A DNA stretch of 64,000 bases from Squalus acanthias. Taxonomy: Eukaryota. A program made the translations under genes and the position numbers. The notes under the pieces were generated by a model, which saw only the letters and a program-made list of their open reading frames with translations, was not told the origin of the DNA and did not search any database. The DNA is taken from the NCBI GenBank assembly GCA_030390025.1, contig CM059432.1, positions 10,106,001-10,170,000 on the forward strand, read 5' to 3'. Below, in pieces: positions 1-12,321 of the stretch. Position 1 is the stretch's first letter. Each line of letters starts with the position of its first letter.

Positions 1-239
1 AATACCTTGTAATACTTTTTAATGCTTTGTTAGATTTTGGCCATCAATATCTGCCATTGATTACTGCTGGGCGAAACAGGACCACACTGAATAAAACCAT
101 CTATTAAGTTTAATGTTATATAGTTTGCCCTGAAGTGATTTTAGCTCATGATTATTACATTATGTGAACTCCTGGGTTGCGATTACCATCTTGTAATCAT
201 TCTCAGGTATGTATTATTTTCTCCAGGAATCTGACCGCA

Positions 240-299
240 AGCGCCTTGGGACGTTTTACTATGCTAAAGGCGCTATATAAATGCCAGTTGCTGTTGTTG
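240..299 (+). mobile_element. L2-type 3' tail fragment
   Basis: gcgccttgggacgttttactatgctaaaggcgctatataaatgc...(tgt)n matches the L2 3' ends at 9590-9645 and 10474-10535. Confidence 0.6.
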
Positions 300-1200
300 G
301 ATTTGAGAACATAACAAAATGTACAAGGAGCAAAGCTCATCCAGCCCTTCTTATAGTGTCGTCAATTGGGAGCAACTCCTACGTTTGAAAATGAAATGTA
401 ACGATGCCACGATCTCGCTATCATGGTGGCTCTGGCAGCTTTACTGGTATTTTTAATTATTATTTAAGTACATCATGAGAGACGGGAGCTGTGGGGAGTA
501 GTATTTTCTGTGTAAAGTAATTACCTCAGCCATTAGATCTTCTACATCTTTATATTTAAGTGCCTTCGTTCATTTCAGGGAAAAAAAAACTGATTGAGAA
601 GGCTCCCCTGCAAATATCTGCTAACAGGTCAAACAGCATTTCATTTTTAATACAGTTCCCTCAGCAAGCTGATACTAAATGTAAATAACATCTACAAAAT
701 CAAATAATAGAATCATTAGTAGATTAAGTATTAAACACCTCATATTAAAAACATTTATAAGTAATTCTATCCTTACGTTCTAGGTTTTGCAAATAATTTA
801 GAATTATTATTGATTTCTGAAATCCATTTGTTAAGTAAGATTTGTGTTTCACACTATAGTCTTCGTGTTATGCTTTGTATAATGCATTTTAAAAATGAGT
901 TGGAATTCTGCAATTTCATCAGAAAAATAAAGCGATAAAGAATGTAGCAGCCGAGGCCTTCAGCTTCTTTGCATTCTTGGGAGTTAAAGTTTGATCTGGT
1001 TTGTGTTATCATAGCACTCATGCTTCCGCTAGCGATGGAGACCAGAACTAGGGGCCATCAATATAAGATATAGTCACCAATAAATCCAACAGGGGATTCA
1101 GGAGAGACTTCTTTCCCCAGAAAGTGGTGAGAATGTGGAACTCGCTACCACAGGGAGTGGTTGAGGTGAATAGCACAGATTCATTTAAGGGGAAGCTGTA

Positions 1201-1843
1201 TTTTTTTTATTCGTTCCTGGGATGTGGGCGTCTCTGTCAAGGCCAGCATTTATTGCCCATCGCTAATTTCCCTTGAGAAGGTGGTGGTGAGCCACCTTCT
1301 TGAACCGCTGCAGTCCGTGTGGTGAAGGTGCTCCCACAGCGCTGTTAGGGAGGGAGTTCCAGGATTTTGACCCAGCGACGATGAATGAACGGCCAATATA
1401 CTTCTAAGTCAGGATGGTGTGTGATGTGGAGGGGAACTTGGAGGTGGTGATGTTCCCATGCACCTGCTGCCCTTGTCCTTCTAGGTGGCAGAGGTCGCGG
1501 GTTTGGGAGGTGCTGCCGAAGAAGCCTTGGCGAGTTGCTGCAGTGCATCTCGTAGATGGTACACACTGCAGCCACGGTGCGCCGGTGATGGAGGGAGTGA
1601 ATGTTTAAGGTGGTGGATGGGGTGCCAATCAAGCGGGCTGCTTTGTCCTGGATGGTGTCGAGCTTCTTGAGTGTTGTTGGAGCTGCACTCATCCAGGCAA
1701 GTGGAGAGTATTCCATCACACTCCTTACTTGTGCCTTGTAGATGGTGGAAAGGCTTTGGGGAGTCAGGAGGTGAGACACTCACCGCAGAATACCTAGCCT
1801 CTGACCTGCTCTTGTTGCCACAATATTTATATGGCTGGCCCAC
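1201..1843 (-). mobile_element. LINE family B (CR1-group), 5'-truncated copy
   Basis: ORF 1345-1779 (IYKAQVRSVMEYSPLAW...LDTIQDKAARLI) and poly(A) tail; near-identical to 17911-18550. Confidence 0.9.
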
Positions 1844-1867
1844 ATGAGGGAGAGAAGGAATAGAAGG

Positions 1868-2062
1868 AATAAAAACAGAAAATGCTGGAAATACTCAGCA
1901 GGTCATGCAGCATCTGTGGAGAGAGAAACAGAGTTAACAGAAATCTGAAACATTAACTCTGTTTTTCTCTTCACAGATATGCTGCTTGACCTGCTGAGTA
2001 TTTCCAGCATTTTCTATTGTTATTTCACAAATCCAGCATCCGCAGTATTTTGCTTTTGCATT
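1868..2062. mobile_element. Penelope-like element end (family P2), fold-back arrangement
   Basis: Inverted repeat aaaatgctggaaatactcagcagg.../...cctgctgagtatttccagcatttt; flanking duplication aaggaatagaag; same family as 12322-12464. Confidence 0.75.
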
Positions 2063-2221
2063 AAGGAATAGAAGATATGCTGACAGGGTTAGATGAAGAG
2101 GGGTGGGAGGAGGCTCGTGTGGAGCATAAACACCGGCACGGACCAGTTGGGCTGAAAGGTCTGTTTCTGTGCTGTACATCCTATGTAATTCTATGTAATG
2201 TTCCAATATGAAACCTGGTAC

Positions 2222-3090
2222 CATGTCACCTCAAAAAGTCCACCAGCTCCAACAGTGTAGCACTCCCTCAGTATTACACTGCAATGTCAGCCTAGGTTAT
2301 ATGCTGCAGGTTCTTGGAGTGGGGCTTGAACCCAAGACTTTCCAACTAAGAGATGAGAGTGCCAGCACAGAGCCAAGGCTGACACTTGATATATGTGTTC
2401 CTCTTCCTCTGTCTGTCCACCTCTGTCTTTCTCTCACAAATACGGATAAGCACATAATATAGAAGGAGAGGAACACTGAAATCCATAACAGGACTACAGA
2501 TGTAACATAAGAAACAGGAGCAGGAGTAGGCCATTTGGCCCTTCGAGCCTGCTCCGCCATTCAATAAGATCATGGCTGATCTTCTACCTTATCTCCACTT
2601 TCCTGCACTATCCCCATATCCTTTGATTCCTTTAATATTCAAAAATCTACCGGTCTCTGTCTTGAATATACTCAACGGCTGAGCCTCCACAGCCCTCTGG
2701 GGTAGAGAATTCCAAAGGTTCACCACCCTCTTGAGTGAAGAAATTTCTCTTCATCTCAGTCCTAAATGGCCGACCCCTTATTCTGAAACTGCGACCCCTG
2801 GTTCTAGACTCTCCAGCCAGGGGAAACATCCTCCCTGCATCTGCCCTGTCAAGCCCTGTAAGAATTTTATACGTTTCAATGAGATCAGAAAGGGTTAGTT
2901 CAGAAAAGGGTACATGACGCACATGACTTAAAGGGCATTCGCTTCACAAGAGAGTTTTTGGCAGACTTTGCTGTGTTCTTGACCGAGAGCGAGAAATTCT
3001 GTTCAACATATTTCTCACAATAACTTCATAAGCAAGTAGTTTTTCAACGCAATTAGGTTATTTCTTCATAAATGAAACAAATTTTAATTG
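2222..3090. repeat. Arm 1 of local inverted duplication (partner: 5545-5794 + 8874-9105)
   Basis: SINE head plus adjacent unique sequence match the reverse complement of the partner; the ORFs at 2208 (+) and 8880 (-) translate to near-identical peptides. Confidence 0.85.
2504..2886 (-). mobile_element. CR1 3' end
   Basis: DLIETYKILTGLDR...TRG..F....RNFFTQ peptide; typical CR1 3' UTR and (ttcttatg) tail. Confidence 0.9.
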
Positions 3091-3113
3091 TTACTGTGCC
3101 TTAATCTGTATCA

Positions 3114-3271
3114 AAATGAGAAGTCGCACAACACCAGGTTATAGTCCAACAGTTTTATTTGAAATCACAAGCTTTCGGAGTGTGATTTCAAATAAAACTG
3201 TTGGACTATAACCTGGTGTTGTGCGACTTCTCATTTTTGTCCACCCCAGTCCAACACCGGCATCTCCGCAT
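3114..3271. mobile_element. Penelope-like element end (family P1), fold-back with 14-bp TSD
   Basis: ~60-bp inverted repeat; TSD cttaatctgtatca at 3100-3113 and 3272-3285; hammerhead core deleted from the loop. Confidence 0.85.
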
Positions 3272-4707
3272 CTTAATCTGTATCATGACAGATTACCTTT
3301 GTGGAGCAATATTTACTTAGTAGATTTAGTAGATTAACTTATTTTTGGATTTATTGACAATAGTTCACAATTTCAAATATTATACGTATTCACTGGAACA
3401 GATCATTCCCTCCTCACCACCCCCCTCCCAACCCCCTCACAATTCCGTCTGCTCAGTACCTCTATGGTAAATTATTCATGGAAACAAGAAAAGAGCATAT
3501 TTCTCCTGTTTCATGTAAGAGGCAAATGTTTACAACATTTTGTGCTAATTGATTTGTTGGCAGCCAGCTGGCCACCCCAGGCATTTCATCAGTGGGAACT
3601 GCAGTCGCGGAACCAACTGAGGGTGATTCACAGATTAAAATGATTGGAAAATCTACCAGAGAGTTTCTTAATATAGAGAGAGGAGAGAGAGAGAGAGAGT
3701 GGATCAAAATTCAGCCCTGGAGTACCTCAATCAATATTAATTTAGCCTCTAGCCGGCTTGGAAATATAAAAATCCATTTGAAGATACGGTAGAAATTCAT
3801 CTATCGTGGGACGCTGGTCAAAGCCCTTAAAGCTTCAGTCACATCATTGATTGAGCAGACCTTTTTAATCAGTGGGGCAACAGTAATGGTCAAATAGAGA
3901 ACAGGCTATACTGGGGAGTCATTACAAGGCTCTAATCTAATTGAGGGGTTCATAAACAGTGATAGTGCAGTTCGAGCAGTGTACTTCACTCTCGAGCAGT
4001 CTAGAGCCAGCACCTGAACCCTGAAATGAGATTACAGCCTTGAAAGCACCCCAGAGTATCCATTAGTTTCAATAATATGTTCTCTGAAGCTCGCGGACCA
4101 TTTAATTTGGCGCTGGGTCCTTTTTTTCCCTCTTTGTTCTTTCAAAGCAGCTGTGAAATAAAAAGGTGACGGTCTGTGTGTTCTCTCTCGCTGATGTTCG
4201 CGTAGAAGGCATGGCTTGTGGATGTTCTGACTGATCATCAGTAAACAAGGCAATCAGGTGGGAATAAACAGGAAAGCACCTTGATGGTGAAAGGGGTTTG
4301 CAACAACCATCAAGTCAGAAGTAAAGGAGTTCGAAGCAAACTCGGAGGAGGATGGTGGAGGGTCTTGGGTGAGTTTTGGACAGCTGGAAGAGATTGATCA
4401 GATCGGCGTGGTGCCTGAATTTAAGACATCAGGCGCGCAAATGGGGAAAAAAAGAGGTGTTGTGAAAAAAAGATGACTTCAAGGGCACGGAAGAGAATAC
4501 ATGAGTGGCGAGATCAGAGAATAAAGGTTTCTCAGTGATGAAAGAGGTAGAGGTCCTATTGGCGTGGTACTGGATGAGGGGGCATTAAGGAGTTTACAGG
4601 TTATCAGGCAGCATAAGAGGGAAAGGGGTTTGCCAAAGGTTTGAACTGGTTGGTAAAACTTTGGAAAAGGAATGGTGGGATGCTCCAAGACAAGAACGAT
4701 AGGCCAT

Positions 4708-5517
4708 CTTGATGATTCTGGTAAACCTACGCTGCACTCCCTCCAAGGCCAATATATCCTTCCTAAGGTGTGGTGCCCAGAACTGCTCACAGTACTCCAG
4801 GTGTGGTCTTACCAGGATTTTGTACAGCTGCAGCATAACTTCTACCCCTTTGTATTCTAGTCCTCTAGATATAAAGGCCAGCATTCCATTAGCCTTTTTG
4901 ATTATTTTCTGTACCTGTCCATGACATTTTAATGATCTATGTACATAGACCCCCAAGTCTCTTTGGACCTCCACTATTTTTAGCTTTTCACCATTTAGAA
5001 AGTACCCTGTTCTATCCTTTTAGGTCAAAAGTGGATGACCTCACATTTGCCTACACTGAAATCCATTTGCCACAGTTTTACGCATTCGCTTAATCTATTA
5101 ATATCTCTTTGTAATTTTATGCTTCTATCTACACTGCTTACAATGCCGCCTATCTTTGTGCCATCAGCAAACTTGGATATGTGACTCTATTCCATCATCT
5201 AAGTCGTTAATAAATGCAGTGAATAGTTGAGGCACCAACACAGATCCCTGCGGGACACCACCAGTCACACCCTGCCAATTAGTGTACCTACCCATTATCA
5301 CTTCCCTCTGTCTCCTGCCGCTCAGCCAATTTCTTAACCAGGTCAATAATTTGCCTTCAATTCCATGAGCTTCAACTTTAGCTAACAGTCCTCCTTATGT
5401 GGGACTTTATCAAATGCCTTCTGGAAGTCTATGTAAATAACATCCATAGACATTCCCCTGTCCACTACTTTAGTCACCTCTTCAAAAAATTCAATCAGGT
5501 TCGTCAGGCATGACCTA
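4708..5517 (-). mobile_element. CR1 RT fragment
   Basis: GVPQGSVL..., KFAD, RDLGV...LVRPHLEYC motifs. Confidence 0.9.
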
Positions 5518-6275
5518 TTAATTAAAATCGTTTGACAAAACATGTTTTATTTTGTTTCATTTATGAACAAATTAACTAAATTGCATTGAAATATATTTAC
5601 TTGCTTATGAAGTTATTGTGAGAAATATGTTGAACACAATTTCTTGCTCTTGGTTATGAATACAAAAAGTCTGCCAAAAATTATGTCATGAAACGAATGC
5701 CCTTTAAGTAATCTGTATCGTGGCATATTACCCTTTCTGAAGTAACATCTGTTGTCTTGTTATGGATTTCAGTGTTCCTCTCCTTCTATATTATGTGGGA
5801 AAAATTTGTCAGCTTAACGCCTCCTGTTAGCACCAGTAGATGGTATCGCCGGGGCGAGGTGAATCCAGCACCGCACGCTAAATCCCGCCCCCCATAGCGC
5901 TGCTGGTAAGAGGTATCTCCGGGAAAGTCAACGCGAGGTGGATCGTGACGTCAGTGAGTGTGCAATGCTCACTGACCGCCTGATCTGTGAAATTGATTCT
6001 CGCCACTTACCTTAGCGCCTAGAGTAAACACTGACAGGGAGAGCTGGTGTGAAGCACCAGGAAGCCAGCTCCAGGGATGTTAGTTAAAGGGGTCATCAGT
6101 AATGACCCACAGCTGTCAGGTTAGTGCAGTTTCAGTGGTTTCTTGTCAGTTTCACATACTGCAACAGTTTCATTCAGTAATTTCAAGGTTCTTTTGTATC
6201 AACTAAAAAGTAGCAACTAAAAAGTAGCTACATTTATTCTTCAAAGATTCAAACTGCTACACTTGGTAACATTAA

Positions 6276-6550
6276 TGGGGGCTGTACTGACATGCCACCT
6301 CACCCTCCAGGATCTACAGTGGAGGGAGCGTTGGCAGCGAGAAAGACTGGAACATGTGCGCAGAGGGAGGAGGAGGGCCATCAGGGTTCTCAAGAGGAGG
6401 CCTTGCCCTCCGGGGGTATTCCGAGAGCACTTCTCCTACCATCAGTGAAGTGAGGAGCAGTGTATTAGAAGGCTCCGCCTCACCAAGGAGGTGGTCACAG
6501 AACTCTGCCATCTCCTCCAAACAAACCTCCAGCCTCACACCAGGATGACT
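6276..6550 (+). pseudogene. Harbinger (HARBI1-like) transposase N-terminal remnant
   Basis: RRPCPPGVFREHFSYHQ*SEEQCIRRLRLTKEVVTELCHLLQTNLQP resembles the HARBI1-family N-terminus; no DDE core follows. Confidence 0.75.
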
Positions 6551-6736
6551 TAAAGCCCTTTGCTCAGTACATCATTCCATTCCTGTCGTAGGCCATTTCA
6601 CACCGCAAAGCTGAAATGTTAGACACCACAAAAGAATGGTAAGTGAATTAATAAATGTATCAAAAATCAGTGAACACATATTTACAACAAAAATATTAAC
6701 TATTCACCCTTGCACAATTCCTTACTGTGCCTTTGC

Positions 6737-8543
6737 CTACTCTAGTGCTCCTACGAAGTGTTGGCCCAGTGGTTGCAGCAGGGCTGGTGGAAGGCTGCTC
6801 AGTGTCTGTGCGGGAGACTTCAAATGGCCTTGCAGGACGCCCTCAACCAGTTCTGGACCTGAAGGCCCACCTGTAGACTGCACCACCTCAGCATGGGCTG
6901 GCTGGATGACAGGCAGCCACAAGGGCAATGGCAGTGGTGGGAGCAGGAATGCTGTCATCCTGAGAGAGGACAGCAGGTTCCTGCTCCACTGACCCACTGC
7001 CACTCCCCCAGGGCAGCACCTCAGCATCCCTAGCAATCTGTTGGAGCACAGATTGCTGGCCTGCTGTGACACCGTGAAAGCCTCGGTCGACAGTGGTAGA
7101 CCCAGCCATGATGGCAGCAGTCACAGCTTGCGTGGCATCAAGCTGAGACTGCATGAGAGCAGTCGGAGATTGGATGCCACCAAGCATAGACTGCATTACA
7201 GCACTAAGACAATGCGTCGCTTCCACCTGTGCTGCAATGGAAGGTGCGACATCGCCCATCACACGCGGCATCAGGTCTGGGTCGCCACGGTCTCTCTGGC
7301 AGTCAACCATCCTTTGCAGTCTGGAAATGATGGACTCCATGGTGTGTGCAGACATCTGTGCAATGTTGGAGGGGGACTCCTCCACGTTCCTTACCATTAC
7401 CGAGAGGCTCTCGGGCACCCTTGCCATTGCACCGATCATCTCCGTGTGCATGCCCATCACCCTTCTTCGAAAGGCCTCCCCATCAAGGTCCTCATCTGAG
7501 TCCTGTGCAACAGAACTCGCACGCGAACTCACCCTCCAGGAAGCTGGCCCCAGAGCTACCCTTTCCCCCGGCCTTGCTGCAGCCCACTCGTCCCCGGTTC
7601 CTCACCCTGTGCAGATCCCGCTACTATACTAGCCTCTAAAGAATGGGTAGTGCCAGTATATGACCTGGTGTCTGCAGTGACGCAGTGTGTTCTTCCTCCT
7701 CCTCTTCTCCTGCCTCGATCTCTACAGTGCCCTCAGGGACAGGCTGCTCAGGTGCTTGCTCATTATCTGAAAGCATACAGGCACAAGAGTCGGGTTAAGG
7801 TGAGGGGAGGGGGGCAGGAAGGGAGAAATGCATGCTTACAGCATGATTAGCTGGAAACTGCGAAAGGCTTGTGGGGTGAGTGGGAAGCGGGATGTGATAA
7901 GAAGGAGTATAGATGAACATACCATTGTTGTCCCCAAGGGGGGTCAACATCGCCAGTGGTCACGGCGCCCAACACCTGGAGCCCAATAATCTGCAGCACT
8001 CGATTCTCCAGACAGTGGTTGGGTTTTGGCTTGTCCCCCGCTCCTGCTCCCTCCTGTTGTGAGCCACCTTGGCCTGCAAGAGAAAGGAAAGTGTGTGAGT
8101 GAGTGTGGAGCAATGTGTTTGGAAGATGTGCCTGCCATAGTTGAATAGCTGTCATTGTGTGCAAGGTGTGAGATGTGGGTGTGAGTGTTGGTAGGTAGAG
8201 ATTGTTGGTGGGTGAGTGCTGGGGGCGTAGTGCTTTGGACAGTGTGTGGAGACTGAGGTTCAGATGGTGGTATGTCGCATTTGTTGAAGCATTCACTCAC
8301 CCTGACCACCCGAGTGAGGTCATTAAATTTCTTCCTGCACTGTGTGTGGGTCCTGGGGACCACAGTGCTGCCCGAGACCTGCTGGGCAACCTCCCTCCAC
8401 ATGGTGCGGAAGACTTGTGGCGAGGGCCTCCTGCCACTTGCCGGGTAGAGCACCGCCCTCCGTCTCTCCCAGCGAAAACCAACGCCTCCAACGTTTGATC
8501 GCAGAATCTGCGGGCCCTTCTCCCTGGGGCATGGATCTGCCAT
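6737..8543 (-). pseudogene. Harbinger accessory Myb/SANT-like DNA-binding protein gene, 3 exons (8543-8301, 8073-7923, 7766-~6737), frameshifted
   Basis: RARRF...LEALV; MWREVAQQVSGSTVVPRTHTQCRKKFNDLTRVVR then gtgagt donor; cttgcag|AKVAHNRREQ exon 2; gtatgt donor; tttcag acceptor. Confidence 0.8.
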
Positions 8544-8944
8544 GGCTTCGGCTTCGGCTTCTGCTTGTTGAGGCAGCTGCACAGCCAGCAATGCTGAGAA
8601 TGAAGTGCTGCAGCATCAATGAAGCTCCTCTTTAAGTAGTGAAATAAGCCTGTGGCAATCATGACTTGCGATTAGACTGCACCTAATATTGGTTTACGCT
8701 TTGATTGTAACGCCAATGAGCTTGGGTTTTAAGACTTGAATTAGGACTCCAATCTGTTTTGTGAACAGTGAGCATGAATTTTGCGTGCAGTCTAAAGCAT
8801 TAGCGCCTGGCGTTAATTCTCCAACTTTTCTACTGACACCGTCCATTCCTTGGCTATAATGAATTTCTAGCCCTATGTGTTATTCCGTATTTGTGAGAGA
8901 AAGACAGAGGTGGACAGACAGAGGAAGAGGAACACAAAGATCAA

Positions 8945-9330
8945 GTGTCAGCCTTGGCTCTGTGCTGGCACTCTCATCTCTTAGTTGGAAAGTCTTGGGT
9001 TCAAGCTCCACTCCAAGAACCTGCAGCATATAACCTAGGCTGACATTGCTGTGTAATACTGAGGGAGTGCTACACTGTTGGAGCTGGTGCCTTTCGGATG
9101 TGACATTAAACTTAGGCCCTGGCTCTTTGATCAGGTTGAAATAAAAGATTCCATGGCACGATTTGAAGAAGAGCAGGGGAGTTGTCCTGGTCATCATTAA
9201 TCCCTCAATCAACACTAGTAATACAGGTTAATTTTTCATTGATCTCATTGCTGTTTGTGGAACCTTTGGCTGCCTCGTTTACCTACATTAGAACAGTGAC
9301 TGCACTTCAAAGATAATTAATTGGCTATGA
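8945..9330 (+). mobile_element. tRNA-derived Deu-domain SINE (SacSINE1-like)
   Basis: Degenerate A/B boxes then ctgagggagtgctacactg...tttcggatg Deu-domain core; many copies in window. Confidence 0.75.
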
Positions 9331-9339
9331 ATAGACTTT

Positions 9340-9646
9340 GGAACTCTGCATTCCTCCAATTTTGTCTCTGATGCATCCCCCAACTTCGCCCCTCCATTGG
9401 TGGCCGTGCCTTCAGCTGTCTAGGCCATAAACTCTGGAGTTCCCTCCCTAAACCTCTCCGCCTCTCCACCTCTCTCTCCTCCTTTAAGACGCTCCTTAAA
9501 ACCTACCACTTTGACCAAACATTAGGTCACCTGTCCTAATATCTCTTTACGAGGCTCGGTGGCGAATGTTGTCTGATTACGCTCCTGTGAAGAGCATTGG
9601 GAAGCTTTACTACATTAAAGGCGCTATAGAAATGCAAGTTGCTGTT
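9340..9646 (+). mobile_element. L2 3' end
   Basis: GGRAFS..G..LW.SLP..L remnant and aaaggcgctatagaaatgcaagttg tail. Confidence 0.8.
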
Positions 9647-9829
9647 CAGAACGTAAGAAATTAAGAACATGGGGCAGGAGTAGGCCACAGGGCCCCTCGA
9701 GCCTGCTCCACCATTCAATAAGATCACGGCTGATCATCGACCTCAACTCCACTTTCCCGCTGATTCTCCATGTTCCTTGATTCCTCTAGAGTCCAAAAAT
9801 CTATCGATCTCAGCCTTGGATAAACTCAA

Positions 9830-10320
9830 AGGCGCGAACCGGGGCCCAGCTGGGCCCCCAGGGATCGGGAGTGCCGGCAAAAGAGCCCGGCACTCAAGAG
9901 AAGTGCCGGGCTCTTGGAGCGCAGCCGGCACTTCACGGTGGGGGGGCTTCACGGGGGCCGGGGGCAGGTGCTGGCAGGCGGCCAGCAACAAAAATGGCCG
10001 CCTGCCACCTCCCCTTTAAATATCGCCGCCCCGGCCGCACGTACGCCTCCCTGAACCCGTCGGACATAGCGTCTGGTGGTAAATCAGGGGGCGCGACTGA
10101 AGATCGCGGCTGGAGCGCGAGCGGGGTGCTGCGCACGGCGATGACGTCATCGCCGGCGGTGCAGCGCCACAGGGCGCTACCGGCTGGCGCCGCCGCTAAC
10201 CTCCCGCTGAATTTTTCGGGAGGCGTGGGCGGCGCTGCGCCCGGACGTTAGCTGCTTTACGCTCCATTAGCGCCCTCTTAAGGCGCTAACGGGAGGCGCA
10301 AGCAGCTGAATTTTTCCCCC
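9830..10320. mobile_element. GC/CpG-rich Harbinger-type MITE fragment (one end visible)
   Basis: Ends gaatttttccccc (same TIR as 12578) with a related subterminal ggcgctaacgggaggcgc; interrupts the CR1 3' UTR. Confidence 0.7.
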
Positions 10321-10473
10321 ATAGACTCAGCATCCACAGCCCTCTGGGGCAGAGAATTCCAAAATATTCACAACCCTCTGAGTGAAGAAATTCCTCCTCA
10401 TCTCGGTCTTAACTGGCCGACCCCTTATCCGAGACTATGCCCCCTTAGTTCTAGACTCCCCAGCCAGGGGAAA

Positions 10474-11998
10474 CAACAACAACAACTTGTATTTATATAG
10501 CGCCTTTAATGTAGTAAAACCTCCCAAGGTGCTTCACAGGAGTATTTTAAGACAAAAAATTTGACACCGAGCCACATAAGGATAAATTAGGGCAGGTGAC
10601 CAAAAGCTTGGTCAAAGAGGTAGGTTTTAAGGAGCGTCTTAAAGGAGAAAAGAGAGATAGAGAGGCAGAGAGGTTTAGGCAGGGAATTCCAGAGCTTAGG
10701 GCCAAGGCAACAGAAGGCACGGCCACCAATGGTTGAGCGATTATAATCAGGGATGCTCAAGAAGGCAGAATTAGAGGAGCGTAGATATCTCGGGGGTTTG
10801 TGGGGCTGAAGGCGATTACAGAGATAGGAAGGGGCGAGGCCATGGAGGGATTTGAAAACAAGGATGAGAATTTTGAAATCGTGGTGCTGCTTAACCGAGA
10901 GCCAATGTAGGTCAGCGAGCTCAGGGGTGATGGGTGAATGGGACTTGGTGCGAGTTAGGACACGGGCAGCCGAGTTTTGGATGACCTCAAGTTTACGTAG
11001 GGTAGAATGTGGGAGGCCAGCCAGGAGTGCGTTGGAATAGTCAAGTCTAGAGTTAACAAAGGCATGGATGAGGGTTTCAGCAGTGGATGAGGTGAGGCAG
11101 GGGCGGAGACGAGCGATGTTACGGAGGTGGAAATAGGCGGTCTTTGTTATGCTATGGATATGTGGTCGGAAGCTCATTTCAGGTTCAAATATGACACCAA
11201 GGTTGCGAACAGTGTGGTTCAGCCTCAGACAGATGTTAGGGAGAGGGATGGAGTCAGTGGCTAGGGAACAGAGTTTGTGGCGGGGACAGAAAACAATGGC
11301 TTCGGACTTCCCAATATTTAATTGGAGAAAATTTCTGCTCATCCAGTACTGGATGTCGGACAAGCAGTCTGACAATCTAGACACCGTGGAGGGGTCGAGA
11401 GAAGAAGTAGTGAGGTAGAGCTGGGTGTTGTCAGCATACATGTGGAAACTGACACTGTGTTTTCAGATGATGTCGCCAAGGGGCAACATGTAGATGAGAA
11501 ATAAGAGGGGGCCAAGGATAGATCCTTGGGGGACACCAGAGGTAACGATGCGGGAGCGGGAAGAGAAGCCGTTGCAGGTGATTCTCTGGTTACGATTAAA
11601 TAGATAAAAATGGAACCAGGTAAGTGCAGTCCCACCCAGCTGGACGACAGTGGAGAGGCGTTGGAGGAGGATGGAGTGGTCAACCATGTCAAAGGCTGCA
11701 GACAAGTCAAGAAGGATGAGGAGGGATAGTTTACCATGGTCACAGTCACAAAGGATGCCATTTGTGACTTTGATGAGAGCCGTTTCGGTACTGTGGCAGG
11801 AACGGAAACCTGATTAGAGGGATTCAAACATGGAATTGCAGGAAAGATGGGTACAGATTTGGAAGGCGATAACAAGTTCAAGGACTTTGGAGAGGAAAGG
11901 GAGGTTGGATATGGGGCGGTAGTTTGCAAGGACGGAGGGTTCAAGGTTTGGTTTTTTGAGGAGAGGGGTGATGACGGCAGATTTGAGGGAGAGGGGGT
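10474..11998 (-). mobile_element. L2 LINE RT/3' portion
   Basis: DLSAAFD, GVPQGSILGP, YADNTQLY, LIHAFV.SRLDYSN, LHWL motifs; (ttg)n tail. Confidence 0.92.
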
Positions 11999-12321
11999 CT
12001 GTAACCTCTCAGCATCTACCCTGTCAATCCCCCTCAGAATCTTATATGTTTCAATGAAATCACCTCTCATTCTTCTAAACTCCAGAGAGTACAGGCCCAA
12101 TCTACTCAATCTCTCTTCATAGGACAGCCCTCTCATCCCAGGTACCAATCTATTGAACCTTTGTTGCACCACCTCTAAGGCAAATATATCCTTCCTCAGA
12201 TAAGGAGACCAAAACTGTGCACAGTACTCCAGGTGTGGTCTCACCTGTACAATTGTAGCAAGACTTTCTTACTCTTGTACTCCAACCCCCTTGCAATAAA
12301 GGCCAACATGCCATTTGCCTT

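Larger units (their letters stand above)
1035..2196 (+). mobile_element. CR1 3' fragment split by two later insertions (pieces ~1035-1198, ~1842-1867, ~2063-2196)
   Basis: TRGH...NFF.QRVV..WN-type coding remnant and (ctatgtaatt)n-like tail. Confidence 0.7.
5795..8873. mobile_element. PIF/Harbinger DNA transposon, non-autonomous (transposase internally deleted, Myb/SANT gene retained but degenerate)
   Basis: Imperfect TIRs gtgggaaaaattt / gaatttctagccc, 3-bp TSD tat (5792-5794, 8874-8876) confirmed by the empty paralogous site at ~2450; two convergent genes. Confidence 0.88.

Noticed and set aside
9830..10320. CpG island or host promoter with GC-rich ORFs
   Set aside because: Ends in a Harbinger TIR and interrupts a CR1 3' UTR, so it is transposon sequence.
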